Source: a virus. From it: 64,000 bases of DNA. Below are positions 26,652-36,626 of this stretch, piece by piece. The first letter of the stretch is position 1. Every line of letters starts with the position of its first letter. The notes beneath the pieces are model-generated. The model saw nothing but the letters and a program-made list of their open reading frames with translations. It had not been told where the DNA came from and made no database searches. The stretch covers positions 15,898 through 79,897 of IMG/VR virus record IMGVR_UViG_3300021964_007165. The stretch is one strand, 5' to 3'. Position numbers and translations under genes: made by a program.

Positions 26652-27132
26652 AAGGTACATAATTAGGATTTGCTATACTTGGACATTCTGAATTAATTTC
26701 AGACTTTTTAGTAGCATTAATCTCTTTCTCTGTTAATGGAGAACCCATAGCAATTTCGGAACACCTCATTGCTTTGTTACTCGCACTATTAATAACACGT
26801 TCAACCAATTTTGCTTTTTCTTCAGCAAGTTTGCCAATATCTCTAACTTCGCCCTTGCCGTTGATTTTGTTGAAACGTTCGTCAAGTGCCGCAAACTCTT
26901 TGCGTAATATTGCATTTGTTTCTTCAAGTGCTTTATTGGTGGCAAGTATTGCTTTAAAATCATTTGCCTGTTGAGCAATTACTGCTTTTTGATTAGCAAC
27001 ACTATCTAATAATTTTGCATTATTGGCTTCGCTGGTAGCAAGGTCGCTCTTTAGTGTTTTTACATACATAACACCACCGCCGGCACCTGCCAACATAATT
27101 AAAACCATTGCTATTTTGATTGAACCTAACAT
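26644..27132 (-). CDS. i-spanin candidate
   Basis: N-terminal TM, long coiled coil, C-terminal Cys pair; follows endolysin. Confidence 0.7.
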   Translation of the reverse strand: MLGSIKIAMVLIMLAGAGGGVMYVKTLKSDLATSEANNAKLLDSVANQKAVIAQQANDFKAILATNKALEETNAILRKEFAALDERFNKINGKGEVRDIGKLAEEKAKLVERVINSASNKAMRCSEIAMGSPLTEKEINATKKSEINSECPSIANPNYVPYD

Positions 27133-27294
27133 TTAACGTCCTTGTTTACAAACTTCGATCGTAACTGTTTTGCTATCGCCATCTACCATATCTTTGAAAA
27201 GAGGTCCTTCGTGATATTCGTAGCCACAATTTTTACAAGTTACTCTGCCATCTCCTTGGCTTTGTCTTTTGTAGTGTTTACTCTGCTTGTCCAT
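27133..27294 (-). CDS. 53-aa Cys/His protein overlapping the endolysin 3' end; not in ORF track
   Basis: MDKQSKHYKRQSQGDGRVTCKNCGYEYHEGPLFKDMVDGDSKTVTIEVCKQGR; its stop abuts the next ATG. Confidence 0.55.
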   Translation of the reverse strand: MDKQSKHYKRQSQGDGRVTCKNCGYEYHEGPLFKDMVDGDSKTVTIEVCKQGR

Positions 27295-27767
27295 CCATTA
27301 CCAAATGTTTTAAATGTTGTTAGTGTTTCATAGTACTCTTGTCTTTTTGCACTATAATCGTCGATTGCTTTGTTAATTCCTACTGCTTCAACATATCCTA
27401 ATGTTTTTGCAATAGTGTTTGGACCAATCCAACCATCAATTTTTGTTCCAACTAAAATTTGTAAAATCTTAGTTGCTCTGTGTCTACCTGCATTTACACA
27501 CATATCAAACACACAAAGATCTAATCCTTTAGGAATATCATTTGCAAGAACTGCATTCCAATAGTTTTTCTTATAAATCGGAGTTACATCTTTTTCTGTT
27601 AAATTTTGTATTACTTCTTTAGTAACTACTTTACTCATCCAGTCTTCATACGTTTGTCTTGTAATTCCCATATTTGTAGCACCGCCCGGATCGCTTGGAT
27701 GATCAACGTATCCGCCTTCGTGTTCAAGTACTATTGCTAAACAATTCTTAAAATTATCTTTTGCCAT
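27240..27767 (-). CDS. Endolysin, glycoside hydrolase family 108 with peptidoglycan-binding domain
   Basis: HEGGYVDHPSDPGGATNMGIT, YW, FD..VN.G, DG.IGP, FG.GW..R. Confidence 0.93.
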   Translation of the reverse strand: MAKDNFKNCLAIVLEHEGGYVDHPSDPGGATNMGITRQTYEDWMSKVVTKEVIQNLTEKDVTPIYKKNYWNAVLANDIPKGLDLCVFDMCVNAGRHRATKILQILVGTKIDGWIGPNTIAKTLGYVEAVGINKAIDDYSAKRQEYYETLTTFKTFGNGWTSRVNTTKDKAKEMAE

Positions 27768-27770
27768 TTT

Positions 27771-28481
27771 TTAACCTCTTTTCAATATTAAACTGTAGTT
27801 ATTGTTTTCAAGCACAAGTTTCTTACCATATTTTGTAATATTATAATCACCTAAATACTTGCTCAAATATATAACTTCAGCGAAACCATTTATATCTAAT
27901 GCTTCAGTGATATTTACCTGATCTGTACGTGCAAAATCAACAACTCTGAATAGAATTGGATCCATGAAAGTGTTTTTTATTCTTAGAGTGTGTTCATTTA
28001 GCATATCTACTTCTTCGGCATAACTCTTACTAAAGAAGTTTTTATAATTATCCATGTTACTTTCATTTACACGAATATCGTAGGCTTCCTTATCTGTTGG
28101 AATCATTTCTGCTAAATTAGCATCTGTTGCATCATGACTTTTAAAACTTTTGTAGTATCTAAATTTCATACTATCTAAGCCACTAATTTTTGTAATACCG
28201 TCCACCATTTCATAGATATGTGCTGGTGAGTCTTTTCCTCTTTCAATTTCTACAAATACCTTATACATACCATCTGATTGTTCACCCGATGTTGCATCAG
28301 CGTCAAGTACAAATGGATATCCTTTTTCAAGGAAGTTCTCAAGATCTTTTGCACTACCTTCATTCTTTGTAGAAAAACTTAACACGACTATGTCACTGTC
28401 ACTGCCCATTTTAGATTTAAATGAATCTATTTCAAAAATACTATCTACTAAATCTTTAAGGTCGTCTTTTCTTAAACCCAT
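27771..28481 (-). CDS. Hypothetical protein
   Basis: 236 aa; IDSFKSKMG, FLEKGY.FVLDAD, VFVE.ER. Confidence 0.65.
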   Translation of the reverse strand: MGLRKDDLKDLVDSIFEIDSFKSKMGSDSDIVVLSFSTKNEGSAKDLENFLEKGYPFVLDADATSGEQSDGMYKVFVEIERGKDSPAHIYEMVDGITKISGLDSMKFRYYKSFKSHDATDANLAEMIPTDKEAYDIRVNESNMDNYKNFFSKSYAEEVDMLNEHTLRIKNTFMDPILFRVVDFARTDQVNITEALDINGFAEVIYLSKYLGDYNITKYGKKLVLENNNYSLILKRG

Positions 28482-29026
28482 TAAACTGCTCCTTCAGGTG
28501 CCGGTGCTTCTGCTCCTGCTCCTATGCCTGCTTCAACTCCGCCTTCTGCTGGCTGTGCTTCTGGTGCTGGAGATTGATCTGCTCCTGGTTCAGTAGTTAA
28601 ATCTACCATCTCATTGTATCCACTGTATATGTCAATGATTAATTTTTTAGGCATCATAATTTCTACTACCCAGATTTCTTTACGATCCAGTTTTCCTTTT
28701 TTAGTGCCTGGTCTAATATCATCTGGTGTTCTAATTTTCCTTGGAACTAAGATATGGTCTTTTTTATATGTTACTTTACAATCGTAATCAAGTAATCTTT
28801 TACCGCCCATTGGATCAGGCATTGCATCACGTGGCCACATAAATGAACAAATTATCCAGTGTCTTTTGATATTAGGACCTGAAACAATTTCTCCATCTTC
28901 CCAGTTTTCGTACACATATAAATCAAGTTCGTCAAGTACTCTTTCAAAGTCTTTTAGAACCGTAAATGCAGTATCACTTTCGTATATACCCTGTACGTTT
29001 TTGATTACTTCTAATACATCTTTCAT
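28481..29026 (-). CDS. Hypothetical protein (late promoter upstream)
   Basis: DFERVLDELDLYVYENW..GE...GP, MPDP.GG.RL; TAAATA at 29055-29050. Confidence 0.65.
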   Translation of the reverse strand: MKDVLEVIKNVQGIYESDTAFTVLKDFERVLDELDLYVYENWEDGEIVSGPNIKRHWIICSFMWPRDAMPDPMGGKRLLDYDCKVTYKKDHILVPRKIRTPDDIRPGTKKGKLDRKEIWVVEIMMPKKLIIDIYSGYNEMVDLTTEPGADQSPAPEAQPAEGGVEAGIGAGAEAPAPEGAV

Positions 29027-29181
29027 ATGAATATCCAATCTTATACAGTTATTTATCCTGTTTCGATTTATAACAGTGTAGTTTTATCACAGGCCAAACT
29101 TACTAAATATTTGTGTAGGAGGCACAGATAGTGTCAAAACTATGTGTGCAGACTAATTTACAACTCATAAAGGAGGACTGC

Positions 29182-29910
29182 ATGGGTGCAAAAAGAAGTG
29201 CTCGTAAGAGCAAAAACTACAATAGCAATATTGTAGAATTCAACAATTTTCTTCCCCAGAAGAAAAAAGAAGTCAAAATTATTCCAAGGAATGTTAATCA
29301 AGAAACTTATATGCTACAACTGTTAGACCCTAAGAAAGACATAGTTTTTGGCATAGGGCCGGCAGGAACAGGCAAAACGCTGTTAGCAGTACAGGTTGCA
29401 ATTAAACAGTTCAAAGACGGAATAGTTGATAAAATCATCGTAACAAGACCTGCTGTAAGTGCAGATGAAGATTTAGGATTTTTACCAGGTACATTAGAAC
29501 AAAAAATGGCACCATGGACAAGACCTATATTTGATGTGCTTCAGGAGTATTTTTCAGCAAAAGATATTGAAGGTATGATTGCAGAAGGAGTAATAGAAAT
29601 TTCTCCACTTGCATATATGCGTGGTAGAACATTTAAACGTTCTTATATTCTTGCTGACGAAATGCAAAATGCTACACAAAACCAAATGAAAATGTTATTG
29701 ACAAGATTAGGCGAAGGATCTAAGATGGCTGTTACAGGTGATCTTGCCCAAGCAGATAGACTTAAAGATAATGGACTAATTGATTTTTGTAGACATTTAG
29801 ATAATAAAGGTCGTGCAGAAAGAATTGATGTCGTAGAGTTTGCCAAAGGAGACATTGAACGACACGATGCAGTCAGAGAAGTTTTAGAAATTTATGGTGA
29901 TGTATGCTAA
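29182..29910 (+). CDS. phoH: PhoH-family ATPase
   Basis: GPAGTGKT, TRPAV, LGFLPG, YMRGRTF, DEMQN, LTRLG, GD..Q; alternative GTG start at 29131. Confidence 0.95.
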   Translation: MGAKRSARKSKNYNSNIVEFNNFLPQKKKEVKIIPRNVNQETYMLQLLDPKKDIVFGIGPAGTGKTLLAVQVAIKQFKDGIVDKIIVTRPAVSADEDLGFLPGTLEQKMAPWTRPIFDVLQEYFSAKDIEGMIAEGVIEISPLAYMRGRTFKRSYILADEMQNATQNQMKMLLTRLGEGSKMAVTGDLAQADRLKDNGLIDFCRHLDNKGRAERIDVVEFAKGDIERHDAVREVLEIYGDVC

Positions 29911-30671
29911 CCTGGGAGATCAGTATCTCGGGCATCAACAACATATAATTTTTTAGTTTTAACCCATTTTATCCAGCCTGCATACGTCATTTTATGTAGG
30001 CTGGATATTGCCCACTGACGTTTCATAACAGTTTCGTTAAGTTCCATAGTCTTTGCTACTTGCTTTTCACGTTTAAAAGGAATAACTTGAACTAACGGTT
30101 CACCCATCTTAATTGTTGTGGGTTTAATTTCTTTAAGCATAATATTAATAGGACTTTGCGGAGCACCTAAATCATGATCCATTACACCAGGAACTGCTTC
30201 CCAGTTTTTATCTTCATGATAATACATAGGCAAATATAATGTACTCCAACCGCTTTTATTCCATGTAAACCAAGGATTATCTAATTTAACAGCACCGCGA
30301 ACACTAAACTTCTGTTTCATAAAATTACCCAATTGTTCTTCGGGGTGATATGCATCATTATACATATCGTCACTGTATCTTGTTATAATATGTTTACCGT
30401 CGGGAGTTGGTTCGATTGTGATATCGCACCATGCAGGAATAACATATCCCATACTCATGTAATCTGTAATACCAGGACAGGCTCTTACAGTTTTATGACT
30501 ATCAATGTTATATTGTTCTTTTTTAAAATAAGGTGATAATTCTTTAAACTTATCTGGAAAGAATTTACCAGCAGGTTCAATTGGTGCATATTTCCGGACA
30601 CCCCAACTTTGACAAGCAAAGTTAATTACTGGCTCTTCTTTTTTGAATAAGTTTTTAATAAAATTTATCAT
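29907..30671 (-). CDS. Hypothetical beta-rich protein
   Basis: TVRACPGITDY...GYVIPAWCD, K..NPW, PGVMD.D, G.PLVQVIPFKR. Confidence 0.6.
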   Translation of the reverse strand: MINFIKNLFKKEEPVINFACQSWGVRKYAPIEPAGKFFPDKFKELSPYFKKEQYNIDSHKTVRACPGITDYMSMGYVIPAWCDITIEPTPDGKHIITRYSDDMYNDAYHPEEQLGNFMKQKFSVRGAVKLDNPWFTWNKSGWSTLYLPMYYHEDKNWEAVPGVMDHDLGAPQSPINIMLKEIKPTTIKMGEPLVQVIPFKREKQVAKTMELNETVMKRQWAISSLHKMTYAGWIKWVKTKKLYVVDARDTDLPG

Positions 30672-31099
30672 ACTTTAGTAACTGCTACCTTTGATTTTTC
30701 TAAGAATTCAATTCCGTCGTTACTACGATAGTTATCCTTGTAATACACTGTGCTAATACCACTCTGGTATATAAGTTTTGCACATTCTAAGCAAGGACTG
30801 TGTGTAACAAATAATGTAGCATTATTACCACTTTCGTTTGATTTTGCCAATTTAGCAATCGCATTTGATTCTGCATGAAGTACTTCTGGCTTTGATTTGA
30901 GTACAGAATGTCCCATTTCATCTTGTCTTACAACATCTTCGCAACAGTTATCCCATCCACTGGGCATACCATTGTAGCCAATTGAAATAATACGGTCGTC
31001 TTTAACAACAATAGCACCAACGTTTAGTCTTTTCGCTGTACTGAGGTTAGCAAAAGTTTTGGCTACCTCCATATATGCTTTTACAAACTTATCCTTCAT
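30668..31099 (-). CDS. dCMP deaminase (ComEB-like)
   Basis: GYNG, HAESNAI, SPCLEC. Confidence 0.93.
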   Translation of the reverse strand: MKDKFVKAYMEVAKTFANLSTAKRLNVGAIVVKDDRIISIGYNGMPSGWDNCCEDVVRQDEMGHSVLKSKPEVLHAESNAIAKLAKSNESGNNATLFVTHSPCLECAKLIYQSGISTVYYKDNYRSNDGIEFLEKSKVAVTKV

Positions 31100-31766
31100 T
31101 TACAAGTTCTTCTGCAAGAGGAAAGATTTGTGCAATTACTTTGGCACAAGCATGAGCAATATCCATGTGTTCTTTTTGGGTACCGTTAGCACCACGTAAT
31201 TCAATATAATGAATCCAACTACGCAGTGTGCCGTTCATATATAGTCTTGTTTTAGTACAACCTTCTGGCAATACAGCACGAGCCTGTTCTTTAGCAATGC
31301 CATTATTAATTGCCCATTCGTATGCTTCTTTGGCGGCATTGATTACTTTTTGCTGTTGCGATTCCCAATCATTAATTAAATTCATGTCTTGTTGTGTTGT
31401 GCTTAATGCAATTGAGTTTTGTCTATTCTTTGTGTCCTGTAGTCGTGCTTCACGTAACACAAATTGATCTCCAAATTCTGCTGGATTTGCATAACGCTGA
31501 CTAAACTCTTGGAAACTAAAACTACGGTGACGTACAATTTGATGTGCAATATCTCTTGTAGTATTAATTTCCAAACAAGCACTAACCATTTCTAAAGGTG
31601 ACCAATGAGCATGTTTAATCAGATACTTAATAAGTTTTTCACTGGTTTCTGAATTCATTTGGTTACTTGGATTTGAAACCCTTGCACAATAGGCAATAAG
31701 TTCTTGACAGTCTGTAAGGTCAGAGCCTTCTGGTGCTGTACTGTATGAAATTAATTTTACACTCAT
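31089..31766 (-). CDS. thyX: Flavin-dependent thymidylate synthase
   Basis: H.SPLE, RHRSFSFQEFSQRY, KEQAR.VLP, TQKEH. Confidence 0.95.
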   Translation of the reverse strand: MSVKLISYSTAPEGSDLTDCQELIAYCARVSNPSNQMNSETSEKLIKYLIKHAHWSPLEMVSACLEINTTRDIAHQIVRHRSFSFQEFSQRYANPAEFGDQFVLREARLQDTKNRQNSIALSTTQQDMNLINDWESQQQKVINAAKEAYEWAINNGIAKEQARAVLPEGCTKTRLYMNGTLRSWIHYIELRGANGTQKEHMDIAHACAKVIAQIFPLAEELVNEG

Positions 31767-32332
31767 TCTATTTCTCCTGGTTTTTTTACTGTGCAACTAA
31801 TGTTACCTGAAATTGCAACTCTATCGTGATTGCAAGTTTGAATTCCTACTTTATGGCTGACATTGCCTGGAAATATCACCATCAAACCACTAAAGGGTTT
31901 AACACTATAATTCACTGTTGTGAACTCTAACGGCGCACATTCTTCACAAGCATTTACGTAATAAACATAACTGAAAGTAGCAGGCCAATGAGCATGTTCT
32001 ATAGTATGATGATTATTATTACCTTTGTATACCATTCCCCAACAATCTACAACATCAAATCTTAACATTGATGCTCCTCGCTGACTTAGGCCTTCTATAC
32101 TACTAATGCATTGTAAAATTGCAAAGTCACAGATCTTTTTGAAGTCAGGATCTTTATACATTGTAAACTCAGTCATGTCTGCTTTGACATTACTAATATG
32201 TCCTACTTCATCTCCACGGCTTCTAATTTTTTCTTCAAGGATTGGATTTAATATTTCACTACGGTTATATTTGACCATAGTAATATCACAAGGTTCTTTT
32301 GATGTACCGTTGTGTACTTTGAAGTAATCCAT
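31763..32332 (-). CDS. 2OG-Fe(II) oxygenase-like (TIGR02466-like)
   Basis: HAH...SYVYYV...IFP...H.V...R..ISGN. Confidence 0.75.
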   Translation of the reverse strand: MDYFKVHNGTSKEPCDITMVKYNRSEILNPILEEKIRSRGDEVGHISNVKADMTEFTMYKDPDFKKICDFAILQCISSIEGLSQRGASMLRFDVVDCWGMVYKGNNNHHTIEHAHWPATFSYVYYVNACEECAPLEFTTVNYSVKPFSGLMVIFPGNVSHKVGIQTCNHDRVAISGNISCTVKKPGEIE

Positions 32333-32667
32333 TACCCTGTCCTTAATAAAACGTGATATCCGTATTCTGTTTTGATAGGAAATGTCAACATTTCATCTTT
32401 GTTAATTTGACTAATAGGCTTTGCAATCTCATATTCCATATCACCCGGATAATCAAACCAACCCAAGTCACCACCGTTCTTTGCACTTTTTCTACAAGCA
32501 CTATGTTCTTTGGCGGCTTGCTCAAATGTAAGTAAACCCTCTATAATATCTTGGATAATAAATCCTGCTTCTTGTTCTGCGGCAGGCGCAGGACGATTGC
32601 TTGTTTGTGCAGTAGCACCAAGATGACTGATTAAAATATGACTTGCTCTAAGTTTTTGAATCTTCAT
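32332..32667 (-). CDS. Parvulin peptidyl-prolyl isomerase (PpiC-like)
   Basis: RASHILI, F...A...S, GGDLGWF, T.YGYH. Confidence 0.9.
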   Translation of the reverse strand: MKIQKLRASHILISHLGATAQTSNRPAPAAEQEAGFIIQDIIEGLLTFEQAAKEHSACRKSAKNGGDLGWFDYPGDMEYEIAKPISQINKDEMLTFPIKTEYGYHVLLRTG

Positions 32668-33010
32668 TAACACTCCCACCTGGCTTTTCGGAAAAGAATC
32701 TTTCAAACTTGTTAGATTCATTTGCAAATGCTTCAGCGTCGGCAGGAACATCTTCAGGTCGTTTTTCTGTAATGTTAGGCCATTTAGCAGAGTACTCTTC
32801 GTTTACATATAACCATTTGTCTGCACCTTCAACGTTGTCTGGAATAATTGCATCTACAGGACATTCGGGTTCACAAACACCGCAATCAATACATTCGTTA
32901 GGATTGATTACAAGCATATTTTCACCCTCATAGAAACAATCTACGGGACAAACATCTACACAATCCATATGTTTACATTTGATACAGTTATCGTTTACAA
33001 GATATGTCAT
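32648..33010 (-). CDS. fdxA: 7Fe ferredoxin (FdxA-like)
   Basis: [18 protein letters not shown]...[12 protein letters not shown]. Confidence 0.93.
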   Translation of the reverse strand: MTYLVNDNCIKCKHMDCVDVCPVDCFYEGENMLVINPNECIDCGVCEPECPVDAIIPDNVEGADKWLYVNEEYSAKWPNITEKRPEDVPADAEAFANESNKFERFFSEKPGGSVNEDSKT

Positions 33011-33027
33011 ACTAATAATTATCCGTG

Positions 33028-33936
33028 TTATAAACGTGCTAAACGAATCATGGTTGCCGCTAAATTAATCTCTGGATCTGCAACAAGTGTGTGGTCTACA
33101 AGACCTTGCTTGATTATTAAGATAGCATCATCTTCTTTTTCTCCAAACAGTGTTACATTATCATACAACCATTTAAAAATATCTTCTACTTCGTCAGGAC
33201 GTACTTGGCTACAAACAAGTTTTCTCGCTTGATTAATTTTACCTGCTTTGAATAGTTCTACCATTTCAAGTTTATAGTCTGCTTCACCTGTATCACCTTC
33301 TTGTGGTTTTTGTAAAGCACCATCTACACTGTTCATTTGTACCATATTGATACACTTACGCAAGTCAGGATATGTTGCTTTTACAAAAGTATCAAGTGTG
33401 TCTAAGTCTGGAGTTACGCCTTCATCGATACAAATTTTTGCAACACGGGCAGTAAATTCTGTTTGATCAATACGTTCAATGTGAAATCCTTGACATCTTG
33501 AATGCAGTGCTGGAATAATTCTGTTAGGGTAGTTACAGGTTAAAATAAATCTGCTTGTGGTATGGTATTCTTCCATCACGCCACGCAGTGCCGCTTGAGC
33601 ATTTGGACTCAAGTAATCAGCCTCATCAAGCAGTACAACTTTAAATTCACCAAATGGAATCATCTGTACAAAATTGATAATCTTATCTCTTACATCATCA
33701 ACTGAGTTTGTACGGCTTGCATTGATTTCTAAAATATCTAAATCATTAATTTCTAATTCATTAAACAAGATTTTAGCAAGTGTTGTCTTACCAATACCTG
33801 CATTACCTGAAAACAACAAATGCGGGATAGTGCGTTCTTTAATCCACTGTTGTACTTGTTTCTTTTGATGTTCATCTCTGAACACATAACCGTCTATTGT
33901 TTTAGGACGATACTTTTCTACCCAAAGTTCTTTCAT
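33028..33936 (-). CDS. Clamp loader ATPase (gp44/RFC small subunit-like)
   Basis: [22 protein letters not shown] motif. Confidence 0.95.
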   Translation of the reverse strand: MKELWVEKYRPKTIDGYVFRDEHQKKQVQQWIKERTIPHLLFSGNAGIGKTTLAKILFNELEINDLDILEINASRTNSVDDVRDKIINFVQMIPFGEFKVVLLDEADYLSPNAQAALRGVMEEYHTTSRFILTCNYPNRIIPALHSRCQGFHIERIDQTEFTARVAKICIDEGVTPDLDTLDTFVKATYPDLRKCINMVQMNSVDGALQKPQEGDTGEADYKLEMVELFKAGKINQARKLVCSQVRPDEVEDIFKWLYDNVTLFGEKEDDAILIIKQGLVDHTLVADPEINLAATMIRLARL

Positions 33937-33968
33937 TTACCTGCCTCTACGTTATAATGTTGCCTTTT

Positions 33969-33997
33969 ATTATAATATATTTTTATGCCTTTGTCAA
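33969..33997 (-). promoter_or_regulatory. sigma70 promoter for the clamp loader-thyX run
   Basis: TTGACA-N17-TATAAT. Confidence 0.8.
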
Positions 33998-34012
33998 CAA
34001 AAATCTGCTATG

Positions 34013-34426
34013 TTATAAATCGCCGTCTTTTCGATTTTCCGAATAGTGTACATCAAATTCACCATCTGGATATCTTGACTCTAACTTCTTAACATTTTCT
34101 TCAATTACTTCATTAGGATCGAGACCCAATGCCCGACAAGAAGTAATCCAATACCACATAATATCGCCAAGTTCTCGTTTACAATGAAAGATAGTTTCAT
34201 CGTCCATTGGTTTACCTTGGAATATACATTTTTTAACAATTTCACTGAACTCTCCTCCTTCACTTGCAATGCCAATTGCGCCTGTCATCAATGACGCCGC
34301 ATTTACTTTCATTTTACTTTCGGTAGTTTCAATATCAATCATACGATTATACATCTGCATAGTTGATAGTGATTCACCGCTTGTGACTTTTTTTACAAAG
34401 TCCATATATTTGTTTAGATCGATCAA
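34013..34426 (-). CDS. MazG-like nucleotide pyrophosphohydrolase
   Basis: G...EGGE...VKK, ELGDIMWY, N..KL..RYP. Confidence 0.88.
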   Translation of the reverse strand: MIDLNKYMDFVKKVTSGESLSTMQMYNRMIDIETTESKMKVNAASLMTGAIGIASEGGEFSEIVKKCIFQGKPMDDETIFHCKRELGDIMWYWITSCRALGLDPNEVIEENVKKLESRYPDGEFDVHYSENRKDGDL

Positions 34427-34436
34427 TTTAACCTCT

Positions 34437-34841
34437 TTAATTTACAAAGTCTTCAGGACGGTGAGCATCTTGACTCAAATCAATAGCATCACCAAAGTAT
34501 GCAAGATCGCTTGGCGGTTCATTGGCAACACCCAATACACCCGAAGCGTCTACTGTTCGGAGAACTTTTTGTTCTCCATCTTCGTTTTCGACTGTGAATC
34601 CTCTTGACCACCTACCATGTTCAATTAAAATCCAATCTCCAACATTATAGTCGTCTGTATTTTCGTGTCCGATAGATACAATCTTTGCCCAGCGTGGTTT
34701 AATACCATGCTGTTGTCCGTCATCACTTGGAAGAATAATTCCGCCGTTACTGATAACTTCTCCAAACTCCATGTCGGAAACCATTAATCTATCATGCAAA
34801 GGTTTTACTTCACCCTTAATAACATCTAAACTAATTGCCAT
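34437..34841 (-). CDS. GroES-like co-chaperonin
   Basis: KPLHDR..V, GGIILP, VGD motifs. Confidence 0.85.
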   Translation of the reverse strand: MAISLDVIKGEVKPLHDRLMVSDMEFGEVISNGGIILPSDDGQQHGIKPRWAKIVSIGHENTDDYNVGDWILIEHGRWSRGFTVENEDGEQKVLRTVDASGVLGVANEPPSDLAYFGDAIDLSQDAHRPEDFVN

Positions 34842-35222
34842 TTATTCACCTTTTTGTACAAAATTACCATCTTCGTCTTCTACCCAATCGTCACCTGTTT
34901 CTTCTGCTACTTCTTTTACTTTTTGTTTTGCAGTCTTTTTAGGTGCTGTAGTTTCTTCTGCTACTACTGCTTCGGGTTGAGAGTTCTTTGCTACAGGTTG
35001 TTCATCTACAACTTTATTTGGATGATCTCTGTAATAGTCTGCAAGGACATCTTCTCTCTTACGAATAATCTTACCACCCGGACCTAATTCATCGCCACGT
35101 GCATTTACACGAGCGTTGCCTACTGCCGGAGTAAGTTCGTTCTTTTGACGTAATAGATCCATATCAACTGCTTTACCTTGCATTGTTTTATAAACCTTAC
35201 GCCCTGTTTGTTTTACTGCCAT
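34842..35222 (-). CDS. Hypothetical protein (late)
   Basis: GK.VDM, AVGN.RVNARGDELG.GG; TAAATA at 35249-35244. Confidence 0.65.
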   Translation of the reverse strand: MAVKQTGRKVYKTMQGKAVDMDLLRQKNELTPAVGNARVNARGDELGPGGKIIRKREDVLADYYRDHPNKVVDEQPVAKNSQPEAVVAEETTAPKKTAKQKVKEVAEETGDDWVEDEDGNFVQKGE

Positions 35223-35246
35223 TGTTTTCTCCTATTATGTGAGTAT

Positions 35247-35768
35247 TTATCTAAGGAACTCGCGCCAATCCAAGCCAAACTGGATTGGATCAATTCTATG
35301 TACACCAATTAAATATAGCACAAAACTCGATACTGAACTTCCTCTGCCCACTCCCCATACAATATTGTTTTCACGCATAAAGTCTACAAGATATTTCATA
35401 TACTGTAGTAACGGTAACATATTTCTATTTTGAAATTCTGTGAATTCTTCGTCAAGTCTTTGAACTTGTTCTGTTGTTTCGCAACGTTGCTCTAACCAAC
35501 TATAGATATCCATATTCTTATATTCATCAGGCATAAACCATTCACTTTGACATACATTGTCAAAAGTCTTTTGATCTACATCTAATGGAATATATTTTTG
35601 GATTTCTTTGCCACCTACTTCACTTACTTGCAGATTAAATTGGTCTATGTCATCACTTGGATCACATAATACTATATGGCATTTTTCTGCCTGACCAGAA
35701 TATATCATGTCAATCAAGTTACGAGCAGAGAAGATTGGTATTCCATTAGAATCTGTTTTTATAAGCAT
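35247..35768 (-). CDS. Stand-alone fragment of family C polymerase (DnaE palm N-part)
   Basis: GVGRGSSVSSFVLYLIGVHRIDP..FGL....FL matches DnaE GPGRGS.AGS.V.Y.LGIT..DP...L.FERFL. Confidence 0.75.
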   Translation of the reverse strand: MLIKTDSNGIPIFSARNLIDMIYSGQAEKCHIVLCDPSDDIDQFNLQVSEVGGKEIQKYIPLDVDQKTFDNVCQSEWFMPDEYKNMDIYSWLEQRCETTEQVQRLDEEFTEFQNRNMLPLLQYMKYLVDFMRENNIVWGVGRGSSVSSFVLYLIGVHRIDPIQFGLDWREFLR

Positions 35769-35777
35769 ACGTATATA

Positions 35778-36002
35778 TTAACTTACGTTGATTAAATTGT
35801 CAAGATCTTTATCTTGGTTCTTTGCCATTTCTTTGGCATATCTGGTTCTAAGTTCTAAACGATACATTTCTATCAATGTAGCCATTTGATTTTTGACTTC
35901 TGGGTTTCGAGTCATGTAGAACTTTTTGGAAAGTTCTTGCATTTTATCCTCAATTTGTGGAGTTGTGTATTTGTCTAAGTTATCTTCAATTGGGTGTAAC
36001 AT
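35778..36002 (-). CDS. Small helical hypothetical protein
   Basis: 74 aa, coupled to neighbours. Confidence 0.6.
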   Translation of the reverse strand: MLHPIEDNLDKYTTPQIEDKMQELSKKFYMTRNPEVKNQMATLIEMYRLELRTRYAKEMAKNQDKDLDNLINVS

Positions 36003-36595
36003 TAGTAAAATTTACCAATATAGTCTACAAAAATAGATGATCCTTGATTATATGTCATAAAGTCAATAATTACTGGATCCGAAGCACTGTCAATAGTTAT
36101 ATTGTTTGTAAACACATAGTCTGGTGCACTGCCTGTTTTATTAGGCCAGCGTTCATTAAATTTTAACGAACTACCTGCTTCTGTTCCAATAGTTAAGATT
36201 CTATCTTCACCGTCGTTAATTAAAATCAATCTAATTTTTCCAACTTTACCTGATTCAGGCCAATCAGTAGTGGTCAAAGTGATGTCCCCTCCTACTGTAA
36301 ATGTTTGTACAGCACCGAGTGTAAAGTTAACATCTTGAGAAGAACTTAATGTGCCGCCTGCGTTTAACTCCTCAGAAACATTAATTAAATTTGCATTTGT
36401 AATGTTGTTTCCTAAAAAGTTATTTGCTTCATTTTTCTTAGCAGTATTATCTTGCAGAGCCTCAATTTCGCCCTTTGATGCTACAAAGTTATTTTTAATA
36501 ATACCAAAATTATCTCTAAATCCTTGCGAATCGTTGTCTTGTCCTGCAACAGGATAGTCTGCGTTAATACTTACTTCATCAATATTACTTGCCAT
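36002..36595 (-). CDS. Virion structural protein (baseplate/fibre-associated)
   Basis: YPVAGQDNDSQGFRDNF..IK N-terminus then beta domain; late promoter at 36620-36615. Confidence 0.6.
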   Translation of the reverse strand: MASNIDEVSINADYPVAGQDNDSQGFRDNFGIIKNNFVASKGEIEALQDNTAKKNEANNFLGNNITNANLINVSEELNAGGTLSSSQDVNFTLGAVQTFTVGGDITLTTTDWPESGKVGKIRLILINDGEDRILTIGTEAGSSLKFNERWPNKTGSAPDYVFTNNITIDSASDPVIIDFMTYNQGSSIFVDYIGKFY

Positions 36596-36626
36596 TTTGT
36601 GTCCTCTCTACTTTTATTTATCTGCT

